NCBI GenBank assembly: GCA_001786955.1
Contig: MFUM01000004.1
Span: forward strand, 4,457 to 68,456
Source of the DNA: Candidatus Nomurabacteria bacterium RIFCSPHIGHO2_12_FULL_42_19
Lineage (GTDB): Bacteria; Patescibacteriota; Minisyncoccia; Phycocordibacterales; UBA9973
Reading direction: 5' to 3'
DNA length: 64,000 bases
The notes under the pieces were generated by a model. That model had not been told where the DNA came from. It worked only from the letters and a program-made list of their open reading frames with translations, and did no database searches. Numbering within the stretch: the first letter of the stretch is position 1; the number at the start of each line of letters is the position of its first letter. The position numbers were made by a program, and so were the translations under genes. Shown here in pieces: positions 25,146-33,432 of the stretch.

Positions 25146-27167
25146 ATGAAGGAATCTAAAAACAAATTGCAAGGTATTATTTCCATCTCTTCAAAAGGCA
25201 CAGGCTATGTGGCAACCGGAGAAGTGAAGAATAAGGGCCAGGACCCGGAAATTGATTTCCAGCATTTAAATACCGCCCTGCACGGAGATATGGTAGAGAT
25301 AATCTTGCACCCGAAAGGTAAAAATCGCCAAACTGCTGAAGTTTCAAAAATAATATCGCGCGCAAAAATGAATTTCGCGGGAGTTCTGGAAGAAGAAAAC
25401 AAAATGTTCTTCCTGAAACCGGACGATACAAAAATGTATACAGATATTCTAATCCCAACCAAGTTTTTAAATAATGCGAAAGTTGGACAAAAGGTTTTTG
25501 TGGAAATAATTTCATGGAAAGATCCCCACAAGGCTCCGGAAGGAAAAGTAATAAAAGTTTTAGGCCGTCCGGGAGACAATGATACTGAAATGGAAAGTAT
25601 TGCGATAGAAAAAGGCTTTGATGCGAAACTTCCGCATAAAGTGGAAGAAGAAGCAAGGAAAATAAAGCAAAACGGCATTAAAGAAACCGACTATGCCGGA
25701 CGCAGAGATTTTCGCAAAACCCTGACCTTCACTATTGACCCCTCGGATGCGAAAGATTTTGATGATGCGATATCTTTCAGATTCCTCCCCTCCTTAAATA
25801 AGGAGGGGGCAGGGGGTGGTAATTCAAAAGACCACCCCGCCTCCGGCACCCCTCCTAAAAAAGGAGGGGAAGAGCAATATGAAGTCGGCATACACATCGC
25901 CGATGTCTCGCATTATGTAAAAATCGGCAGTGCTTTAGATGAAGAAGCGCGAGAAAGAGGAACTTCGGTATATTTGGTAGATAGGACGATACCAATGCTG
26001 CCGGAAACGCTTTCTAATGATTTGTGCTCTCTGGTGCCAAATAAAGACCGGCTTACTATGAGCGCAGTATTTATCATAGATAAAAATGCTCATGTAAAAA
26101 GCAAATGGTTCGGGCGCACGGTTATACATTCAAAAAAAAGATTTACTTACGAAGAAGCCGAGGAGTTAATAAAAAAATCCGCTGCGCCGTTCCATAAAGA
26201 ACTTTTTATCTTGAACAGCTTGGCAAAAAAATTAACCGGGGAAAGATTTGCGCAGGGCGCAATATCGCTTGACCAGGAAGAAGTAAAATTTGTTTTGGAT
26301 AAAAATGGAGTGCCGTTGAAAGTAATAAAAAAAGAGCGCGGCGATTCAAACAGGCTGATTGAGGAATTTATGCTCCTGGCAAATAAAAAAGTGGCGGAGG
26401 TCTTGTCTCCAAAAAATATAAAGGGTGTGAAAGATGAAGGCGTATCCATATACCGAGTGCACGATCTGCCGAGTAAGGAAAAAATGGCCGATCTGGCGTT
26501 TTTTTTGCGAAGTTTGGGACATAGAGTCTCCTTGCAGAACGGCCTTATCCCGACATATGAAATAAATAAGCTTCTAGAGAGTTTGGCCGGCAAAAATGAA
26601 GAAGATACGGTGCATCGCGCAGTTATCCGTTCTATGGCTAAAGCGCTTTATTCCACCAAAAATATCGGGCATTACGGTCTGGCTTTTCAATATTATACTC
26701 ACTTCACTTCCCCGATTAGGCGCTATCCGGACATCATGGTGCACAGACTTCTGGAAAAATTCCTCTCTGGCAAAAAAATAAAAAAGGAGGATTTAAAAGA
26801 GAAATTAATCGAATATGAAAAAATCGCCCTAAATGCATCCGAACAGGAAAAACGCGCCGCAGATGCCGAACGAGCTTCCATAAAATATAAACAAGTGGAA
26901 TATATGTCCAGATATCTGGGAAAAAGCTTCGACGGGGTAATCAGCGGGATAACCGAGTGGGGCATGTATGTGGAAGAACTAGAGACAAAATGCGAAGGTT
27001 TGGTGCGGGTACGTGATATGAATGACGATTTTTATATTTTCAATGAAAAAAAATTGGAATTAACCGGACAAAAAAAGAAAAAAAAGTACAGGCTCGGCGG
27101 CCGTGTCAAAATAAAAGTAAAATCGGTTGATTTGGAGAGAAAAACGATAGATTATATATTGACATGA
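25146..27167 (+). CDS. rnr: ribonuclease R
   Basis: RNB domain motifs (TIDPSDAKDFDDAIS, HIADVSHYV, YSTKNIGHYGLA..YTHFTSPIRRYPD) and a C-terminal S1 domain. The 24954 extension is rejected. Confidence 0.9.
   Translation: MKESKNKLQGIISISSKGTGYVATGEVKNKGQDPEIDFQHLNTALHGDMVEIILHPKGKNRQTAEVSKIISRAKMNFAGVLEEENKMFFLKPDDTKMYTDILIPTKFLNNAKVGQKVFVEIISWKDPHKAPEGKVIKVLGRPGDNDTEMESIAIEKGFDAKLPHKVEEEARKIKQNGIKETDYAGRRDFRKTLTFTIDPSDAKDFDDAISFRFLPSLNKEGAGGGNSKDHPASGTPPKKGGEEQYEVGIHIADVSHYVKIGSALDEEARERGTSVYLVDRTIPMLPETLSNDLCSLVPNKDRLTMSAVFIIDKNAHVKSKWFGRTVIHSKKRFTYEEAEELIKKSAAPFHKELFILNSLAKKLTGERFAQGAISLDQEEVKFVLDKNGVPLKVIKKERGDSNRLIEEFMLLANKKVAEVLSPKNIKGVKDEGVSIYRVHDLPSKEKMADLAFFLRSLGHRVSLQNGLIPTYEINKLLESLAGKNEEDTVHRAVIRSMAKALYSTKNIGHYGLAFQYYTHFTSPIRRYPDIMVHRLLEKFLSGKKIKKEDLKEKLIEYEKIALNASEQEKRAADAERASIKYKQVEYMSRYLGKSFDGVISGITEWGMYVEELETKCEGLVRVRDMNDDFYIFNEKKLELTGQKKKKKYRLGGRVKIKVKSVDLERKTIDYILT
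25784..25870 (+). repeat. family A element (modules Y then X), in frame in rnr
   Basis: CCTCCCCTCCTTaaatAAGGAGGGGGCAGGGGGTGGTaattcaaaagACCACCCCGCCTCCGGCACCCCTCCTaaaaaAGGAGGGG. A 30-nt stretch is identical to pheS 40782-40826. Confidence 0.8.
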
Positions 27168-29068
27168 ACTTTGTTTTTAATTCAAAAATAAAATTGTGGA
27201 AATGGATTTTAGCCGCTATTTTTGTAGGATTTTTTTTGACGTCATTATTTTTTAAAAATACGGAAAAAGAAGGAATATTCCGGCCGCAAAATAATAAAGC
27301 TTCGGTAATACAACTTATCGCCCCGGAACCAAAAACAATAAAACCCCGGTATTTTTACGTCAATAAAGACGCAAACGGACAACCTAAAGTCTCCGCCACG
27401 GCATATTTGGTCGGTGATTTGAATACCGGAGAAGTCGTTTTGGCAAAAAATCAAGACCAGAAATTCCCGATTGCTTCCATATCCAAGCTGATGACGGCAC
27501 TTGTTGCTAGAAAAATAACAACTTTGGACGATACGGCGCGGGTAAGCAAAACAGCTTTGGCAACTTACGGCAAAAACGGCGAATTAAGGTTGGGAGAAAA
27601 AATAAAAATCGCCGACCTGATATATCCTCTTCTTTTGGAATCAAGCAATGATGCGGCGGAAGTACTCGCCCTGCATTTTGACAGAAATAATTTTATTTCA
27701 AAAATGAACCAGGAGGCGGAAAAATTAAAGATGTCCGGAACGTTATACGAAGATCCGAGTGGGCTTTCTCCCAATAACCAGTCGACCGCTTCCGACATAT
27801 TTAAGTTGACAGGATATTTGATGCAGCAACAGCCGGATCTGCTGAAAATCACGACAAAACGAAGTTATTCCGATAAAAAACATTCTTGGTCAAATATCAG
27901 CCAGTTTCTGGGCAAAGACGGTTATTTGGGAGGAAAAAGCGGATATACGGATGAAGCGAAACAAACAGCTGTTTCTATTTTTTCTTTGCCTCTCGGGGAA
28001 AATAGCTACCGCCCTGTTGCTATTGCCTTATTGCAAAGCTCTGACCGCTACAAAGACGTAGAAAATATCCTAAATTATCTGAAGAAAAACATATACTACG
28101 GGGGAGAAGCAGATGCAAATACCAATTGGGTGCAGGAAAAAATCGGAGTGCCGGATATTAAAGATCCTAATTTTATAACTATTGTTTTCGCCGGCGACGT
28201 AATGCTTGGACGCGGAGTCCGAAATTCAGTTATAAAAAATTTCAATAATGATTATTCCGCGCTGTTTGGAAAATCAAAAGAACTGTCGGAATTATTAAAA
28301 AAATCCGATATTGTTTTTGCTAATTTGGAAGGTACCGCTTCGGACCAGGGCATTGACCAGAAAAATTTATATTCTTTTAGAATGGACCCGGCCGTCATTC
28401 CGGCCTTAAGGGGCGCGGGCATCAGCATTTTATCTATGGCTAATAACCATATTGCGGACTGGGGACGCCTGGCATATATTGATACGCTTTCGCGCTTGAA
28501 AGAAAATGAAATACTCTACACCGGTGGAGGAAATAATAAAACAGAAGCCGAAACGCCGGCAGTTATTGAAAAATACGGAATGAAAATCGGTTTTCTCGGT
28601 TTCTCCGATAAAGGACCGGACTATATGGCGGCAGACGCCGATAAAGCAGGCGTTCTTCTGGCCAACGATCCGGATTTTGATGAAATAGTTAAAAAAGCCA
28701 GCGCCAAAGTTGACTATTTGATAGTTTCGTTTCACTTCGGTGATGAATACCAGGCGAAGCATAATGCCAGGCAGGAATATTTAGCGCACAGGGCGGTTGA
28801 TGACGGCGCGAAAATTATTATTGGAAACCATCCGCATGTCATAGAAGATACGGAAGTTTATAAAAACAGCTTCATCGCCTACTCGCTCGGCAACTTTATC
28901 TTTGACCAGTCTTGGAGCAAGGACACGATGAAAGGCATGCTTCTGGAAATTAAATTAAACAGAGACGGTTCTATGACAGTCAAGAAAAATATTGTCCAAT
29001 TAAATTCCGCTTTCCAGCCGGATAAAATAATTAAAGGCAAAGAGGAGAAAGTGATTTTCGGGAAGTAA
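27164..29068 (+). CDS. fusion protein: D-alanyl-D-alanine carboxypeptidase (S11, SxxK) + CapA/PGA_cap metallophosphatase-like domain
   Basis: N-terminal half: IASISKLMT, ESSNDAA, KSGYT. C-terminal half: FAGDVMLGRG, NLEG, MANNHIADWG, FHFGDEY, GNHPHV, YSLGNFIFDQ. The ATGA overlap with the rnr stop suggests coupling. Confidence 0.75.
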   Translation: MNFVFNSKIKLWKWILAAIFVGFFLTSLFFKNTEKEGIFRPQNNKASVIQLIAPEPKTIKPRYFYVNKDANGQPKVSATAYLVGDLNTGEVVLAKNQDQKFPIASISKLMTALVARKITTLDDTARVSKTALATYGKNGELRLGEKIKIADLIYPLLLESSNDAAEVLALHFDRNNFISKMNQEAEKLKMSGTLYEDPSGLSPNNQSTASDIFKLTGYLMQQQPDLLKITTKRSYSDKKHSWSNISQFLGKDGYLGGKSGYTDEAKQTAVSIFSLPLGENSYRPVAIALLQSSDRYKDVENILNYLKKNIYYGGEADANTNWVQEKIGVPDIKDPNFITIVFAGDVMLGRGVRNSVIKNFNNDYSALFGKSKELSELLKKSDIVFANLEGTASDQGIDQKNLYSFRMDPAVIPALRGAGISILSMANNHIADWGRLAYIDTLSRLKENEILYTGGGNNKTEAETPAVIEKYGMKIGFLGFSDKGPDYMAADADKAGVLLANDPDFDEIVKKASAKVDYLIVSFHFGDEYQAKHNARQEYLAHRAVDDGAKIIIGNHPHVIEDTEVYKNSFIAYSLGNFIFDQSWSKDTMKGMLLEIKLNRDGSMTVKKNIVQLNSAFQPDKIIKGKEEKVIFGK

Positions 29069-29100
29069 AAACAATTGAAATAGATAAAACTAATTAATTT

Positions 29101-31374
29101 TTATTTCGCAATTTGAGTAGCTTCTTCGAATTTTACCGAGAGAAGTTTGGAAGCTTCGTTGGAGCCGATGGTGACGCCGTAAAGAATTCCGGCTCTGGAC
29201 ATCGTTTCGCGGTTGTGGGTAACGACGATAAGCTGGGATTGCTTGGAGAGCTTCTCCAGCATATCCCCGTATTTTCGGGAGTTTGCTTCATCCAGCGCCG
29301 CATCCGTTTCGTCCAGCACCAAAAAAGGCGGCGGATTGACTTGCGACATAGCGAAAAGAAGGGCAATGGAAGTAAGCGACCTTTCTCCCCCGGAGAAAGC
29401 GTGAAGTTCCTTGACTTTCTTGCGCGGCAAAGAGACATTGATTTCTATTCCTTTTTCAATAACGATGTTCTCATCATCTTCTGATTCCCCCATTTCATCG
29501 TCATCTTCATTGATTTCATCAACTTTTTTCTTCTTAGTTTCAATAATAGAAATAGATCCGTGTCCGCCGCCAAACATTAATGAAAAGAATTCTTGAAACT
29601 CTACGTTGATTTTTTTGACACCTTCCTTGAATTCCGTATCTATTTTTTCCTTCAAATCAGCAATAAGTATAACCAGAGATTCAATGCTTTTGGATAAATC
29701 TTCCATTTCTTTCGTTAAAAATTGATCCCGCCCGGAAACTTCTTTATATTCCTTTATCAATTCCGCTCCGTTGCCCAGGCCCGTATCTTCTAATTTTATT
29801 TTTATGCGCTCAATTTTTTTCTTTTGGTCTTCTTGGTTATGCAATTCCCCGTTGTTTTCAATTTTATAGTCCTTATAAGAAAAAACTTCCCGTCCAATCA
29901 GGATTTCCCCTTCTTTTATCTCATTTTCAAAAGATTCGGCCCTATTTTTCAAATTCCCTTCTTTGATAGCCACAAGTTCCAGAGCGGAAGACAATTCTTG
30001 TTGTCTGACTCTCCAGGCAAATTTCTCCCGTTCAAGATCGCGTAAGGCCTCCATTTCCTTGTTTATTTCTTGTTTCAGTATCTCTATTGATTTGGCAATT
30101 TCTTTTTCTTTGCTTTCAATCCCTTTCATTTCTTCCAAGATTGCCTGCTGGGTTTTTTTTAGTTTTTCAATTTCTAAATTGTGGCTGGATTCATCCTTGT
30201 CATTTTGAGAGAATTTTTTCAAAATATTCTTAATACTCTCCAAAACGGGCCTAATCTCCTCAATACTTTCTTTTAAAAAAGCCAAATCTATAGAATTATT
30301 TATCTCACTGATTATGGCTTTGATTTCTTCCTGTGAAATTTCTATAAATAGGGATTTCTGTTCTTTCCTGCGTTCTTCCATTTCAACCATTCCCTCTATC
30401 CGCCCAAGCTTGCGTTCTATTTCACTTTTTACTCCGCGAAGGGAGTTGAGGCCTTCCTCAATTTTTCTCAATTCTTCTATTTTACCCCCACCCATCCTCC
30501 CCCTTATTAAGGGGGAGGTGTCAGAATGACGGAGGGGGTCGTTGTTTTCAACAATAGAAATTTTACCAGTTACATTTTTAAGTTCATTTGAAAGCTTGTT
30601 CCTTTCAGATGATAAATCGGCTTTCTCTTTCTCCAAAAAGATGCTTTCTTTCTTCAGATATTCCCCGTAAAGAGCCGTCAGCTCTGTTTGCATTTCTTTT
30701 GTTTTTTCAAATTTTTCCACCTGTTTCTTGAGAAAGTTAAGATGTGGGGCATTTTCCCGCCGCATTAAGGAAACCTCTTTCATGTTTTCATTCGTCCGTT
30801 CAAGTTTTCTCTCGCTTTCTTTTATCTTATATTGATAAATTTTAAGTCCCAAGGCATCTTCTACCATTTCTTTTTTTTCTCTTGCATTGGCGCTCAAAAT
30901 CCTGTCTGTCTCGCCCTGAGAAATAATGTGATGCCCGGAAGAACCTATGTTGACCGAGGCCAGCAAATTGTGAATATCCTTCAGTCTGACTTCTGTGCCA
31001 TTTAAAATATATTTATTCAACCCATCGGAAAAAACCTCGCGGGAAATTGAAATAACATCATAATTCAAATTAATATTCTCTCCCCCGTCATTGGAAAGCT
31101 TGAAAATTTTGTCGGAATTATTGAAATAGATGGTGACGGACGCCCGTGAGGCTTTTGGCAGATTTTTAGAACCTTTAAAAATGAGATCCGAACCGCCTTT
31201 TCCGCGCATGGATTTCATGGATTGTTCGCCCAAAACAAAGCGGATGGATTCCACCACATTGGATTTTCCGGATCCGTTCGGGCCGACAATGGAAACAATG
31301 GGATTTTCAAACTCTAAAACAGTTTTTTGGGCAAAAGACTTAAAACCATTTAGCTGGAGTGTTTTGAGCCGCAT
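29101..31374 (-). CDS. smc: SMC-like chromosome segregation ATPase, short (757 aa), no recognisable hinge
   Basis: Walker A GPNGSGKSN, signature LSGGERSL and Walker B LVLDETDAALD. The middle is coiled-coil. Confidence 0.8.
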   Translation of the reverse strand: MRLKTLQLNGFKSFAQKTVLEFENPIVSIVGPNGSGKSNVVESIRFVLGEQSMKSMRGKGGSDLIFKGSKNLPKASRASVTIYFNNSDKIFKLSNDGGENINLNYDVISISREVFSDGLNKYILNGTEVRLKDIHNLLASVNIGSSGHHIISQGETDRILSANAREKKEMVEDALGLKIYQYKIKESERKLERTNENMKEVSLMRRENAPHLNFLKKQVEKFEKTKEMQTELTALYGEYLKKESIFLEKEKADLSSERNKLSNELKNVTGKISIVENNDPLRHSDTSPLIRGRMGGGKIEELRKIEEGLNSLRGVKSEIERKLGRIEGMVEMEERRKEQKSLFIEISQEEIKAIISEINNSIDLAFLKESIEEIRPVLESIKNILKKFSQNDKDESSHNLEIEKLKKTQQAILEEMKGIESKEKEIAKSIEILKQEINKEMEALRDLEREKFAWRVRQQELSSALELVAIKEGNLKNRAESFENEIKEGEILIGREVFSYKDYKIENNGELHNQEDQKKKIERIKIKLEDTGLGNGAELIKEYKEVSGRDQFLTKEMEDLSKSIESLVILIADLKEKIDTEFKEGVKKINVEFQEFFSLMFGGGHGSISIIETKKKKVDEINEDDDEMGESEDDENIVIEKGIEINVSLPRKKVKELHAFSGGERSLTSIALLFAMSQVNPPPFLVLDETDAALDEANSRKYGDMLEKLSKQSQLIVVTHNRETMSRAGILYGVTIGSNEASKLLSVKFEEATQIAK
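30484..30540 (-). repeat. family A module X copy, in frame in smc
   Basis: The coding strand GACCCCCTCCGTCATTCTGACACCTCCCCCTTAATAAGGGGGAGGATGGGTGGGGG encodes DPLRHSDTSPLIRGRMGGG. Confidence 0.65.
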
Positions 31375-31381
31375 ATTATTT

Positions 31382-32110
31382 TTAATCCAGCCAATTTTTT
31401 ATTTTTAATGCGGCTTCAGCCGCTTTCTGTTCGGCTTCTTGTTTTGATTTGCCCTTGCCCTCGGCAATCAAGTCCGGTCCGAAATAAATACCCACGGTAA
31501 AATGCTTGTCGTGGTCCGGGCCCGACTGATGCAAAACCTTATAGGCGGGAGTAACCAACACGAATTCCTGCGCTTTTTCCTGCACCAGGGACTTTGCATC
31601 GCGCCAAAGTTTTTTATTTACTATTTCTTCTGTCTTGGGCAGAAGAGTTTCAGCCACGAATTTATCTGCCGCATCATATCCTCTATCCAGATACATAGCT
31701 CCGACAAATGCCTCATAAGTATTCGCCAAAATATATTGCCTGGCTTTGCCGTAATCTTTGGCTTCGCCTTTGGACAAAAGTAAATAGTCGTTCATTCCTA
31801 TTTTTAAAGCAATTTCAGAAATAATAACGGCATTCACAAGAGCGGAACGAAGCGCGGTCAATTCTCCTTCCGTATAGTGCGGATATTTTTTATAAAGAAA
31901 ATCGGTGACAATGAGCTCGAGCACGGCATCGCCTAAAAATTCCAAACGTTCATTGTGGGAAAGAGAAGCCGCCGGATTTTCGTTTATATAAGAACGGTGC
32001 GTAAAAGCCTGTTTAAGCAAATCCTTATTCTTAAAAATTACTTTTATTTTTTTCTCAAAATTTGAAAAATGTGTCATGTTATCTGTTTGTTTTTTGTGAA
32101 ATAATTTCAA
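31382..32110 (-). CDS. rnc: ribonuclease III
   Basis: [13 protein letters not shown] signature and a C-terminal dsRBD (GPDHDKHF...[13 protein letters not shown]). Confidence 0.9.
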   Translation of the reverse strand: MKLFHKKQTDNMTHFSNFEKKIKVIFKNKDLLKQAFTHRSYINENPAASLSHNERLEFLGDAVLELIVTDFLYKKYPHYTEGELTALRSALVNAVIISEIALKIGMNDYLLLSKGEAKDYGKARQYILANTYEAFVGAMYLDRGYDAADKFVAETLLPKTEEIVNKKLWRDAKSLVQEKAQEFVLVTPAYKVLHQSGPDHDKHFTVGIYFGPDLIAEGKGKSKQEAEQKAAEAALKIKNWLD

Positions 32111-33041
32111 CCGCCTTGCTAATTAACGGGATAATGTCGTTATAAATACGGAGTTCCGGGATTGCGGAAAGCTCAAACCATCTTGCCCCATCCAGTCCGC
32201 CGGATTTTTCCAAGGCAAGTTCTCTGTATTCGCTCTTGGCTAAAAAATAAACCACCTTTTTCAGGCTTTTTCCTTTTTCTGGATGCGTTGCCACATATTC
32301 GTTTTCCCCCAATTTTTCTTCCATTTTAATATCAAGCCCGATTTCTTCCTTTATTTCTCTGATTGTCGCTTCTTCTTCGTTTTCTCCCTTTTCAATACTG
32401 CCCTTGGAAATAGTCCAATAGCCGAAAACATCATGCACTAATGCAAAAAAGACTTTGTTATTCTTTTTCGCATAAACAAGCGCTCCGCCTTTTTTCTCAA
32501 CTGGCAATTTTGCAGTATCCGGCACTTCTTCGTGTTTTTTCTTTCTGCTGACTTGTTCTTTTCCGGGCTCGCCTATTTCTTTATAAACCGCGCCTAAGAC
32601 GCCGTTGACGAATTTACCGGAATTCTCTCCGCCGAAAGTTTTTGCCAGTTCTATCGCTTCATTGATAGCCACTTTCGGAGGCACTTCCTTCCTGTCGCCA
32701 AAAAGGAGCTCCGTTAGGCCGATTCTCAGAATATTCCTGTCAACAACAGAAATCTTATCTATCGGCCAATCAGGCGCGGCCTTTTCTATGATTTCGTCAA
32801 TCATTGCGCGCTTCTTTAACACTTTATCCATAAGCGAGAACACAAAAACATCATCCTCCAACCCTGGGGCAAATTCTTTTAAATTTCTTTTGAGAATATT
32901 ATTTATCTCTCCGGAAATATCGGAATTGCTGATTTTCTTATCATCGGACCCGCCTGCGCTCGACTGTGGCGAGGCGAGCAGGAAATCCCACTCAAAAAGC
33001 GTCTGAAGAACTATTGATCTGGAAAGGTGCCTATTTGCCAT
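32079..33041 (-). CDS. nusB: NusB - NUDIX hydrolase fusion protein
   Basis: The N-terminal NusB fold ([13 protein letters not shown]...[27 protein letters not shown]) is followed by a Nudix box [23 protein letters not shown]. Confidence 0.8.
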   Translation of the reverse strand: MANRHLSRSIVLQTLFEWDFLLASPQSSAGGSDDKKISNSDISGEINNILKRNLKEFAPGLEDDVFVFSLMDKVLKKRAMIDEIIEKAAPDWPIDKISVVDRNILRIGLTELLFGDRKEVPPKVAINEAIELAKTFGGENSGKFVNGVLGAVYKEIGEPGKEQVSRKKKHEEVPDTAKLPVEKKGGALVYAKKNNKVFFALVHDVFGYWTISKGSIEKGENEEEATIREIKEEIGLDIKMEEKLGENEYVATHPEKGKSLKKVVYFLAKSEYRELALEKSGGLDGARWFELSAIPELRIYNDIIPLISKAVEIISQKTNR

Positions 33042-33075
33042 AAAATAATGAACGGGGTGAACAATTTGTCAATTC

Positions 33076-33133
33076 ACCTCACCCCCGACCCCTCTCCTTA
33101 TCAAGGAGAGGGGTGCCAAAGGCGGGGTGAGGT
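33076..33133 (-). repeat. family A module Y-like nested hairpin, intergenic (between rpmF and nusB)
   Basis: Outer stem ACCTCACCCC/GGGGTGAGGT. Inner stem CCCCTCTCC-ttatcaa-GGAGAGGGG. Confidence 0.65.
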
Positions 33134-33357
33134 TATTTCTCCGCTTTTTTTGCTTTTGCTTTCTTTTGTCTCTTTTCCGTCTTTTTGACTAAATCCAAAA
33201 TCTTTTTCCCGCGGTAAAAACCGCAAGATGAGCACACTGTATGGCGTCTTTTTAGGGCTTTACAATTTTCACACTTGGAAAAACTCGTAGTTTCCAAGGC
33301 GTGGTGCGAGCGACGGTTTTTTGTATGCGATTTTGTATGCCTCATTCGTACTACCAT
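33133..33357 (-). CDS. rpmF: 50S ribosomal protein L32
   Basis: MRHTKSHTKNRRSHHAL and CxxC...CxxC (CENC, CSSCG). Confidence 0.9.
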   Translation of the reverse strand: MVVRMRHTKSHTKNRRSHHALETTSFSKCENCKALKRRHTVCSSCGFYRGKKILDLVKKTEKRQKKAKAKKAEK

Positions 33358-33432
33358 AATGAATACATCCTAGCATATTAAGGCCGAAAAGCAATTTTCA
33401 TATTGAAAATAATATGTTATTATAAACGAATT

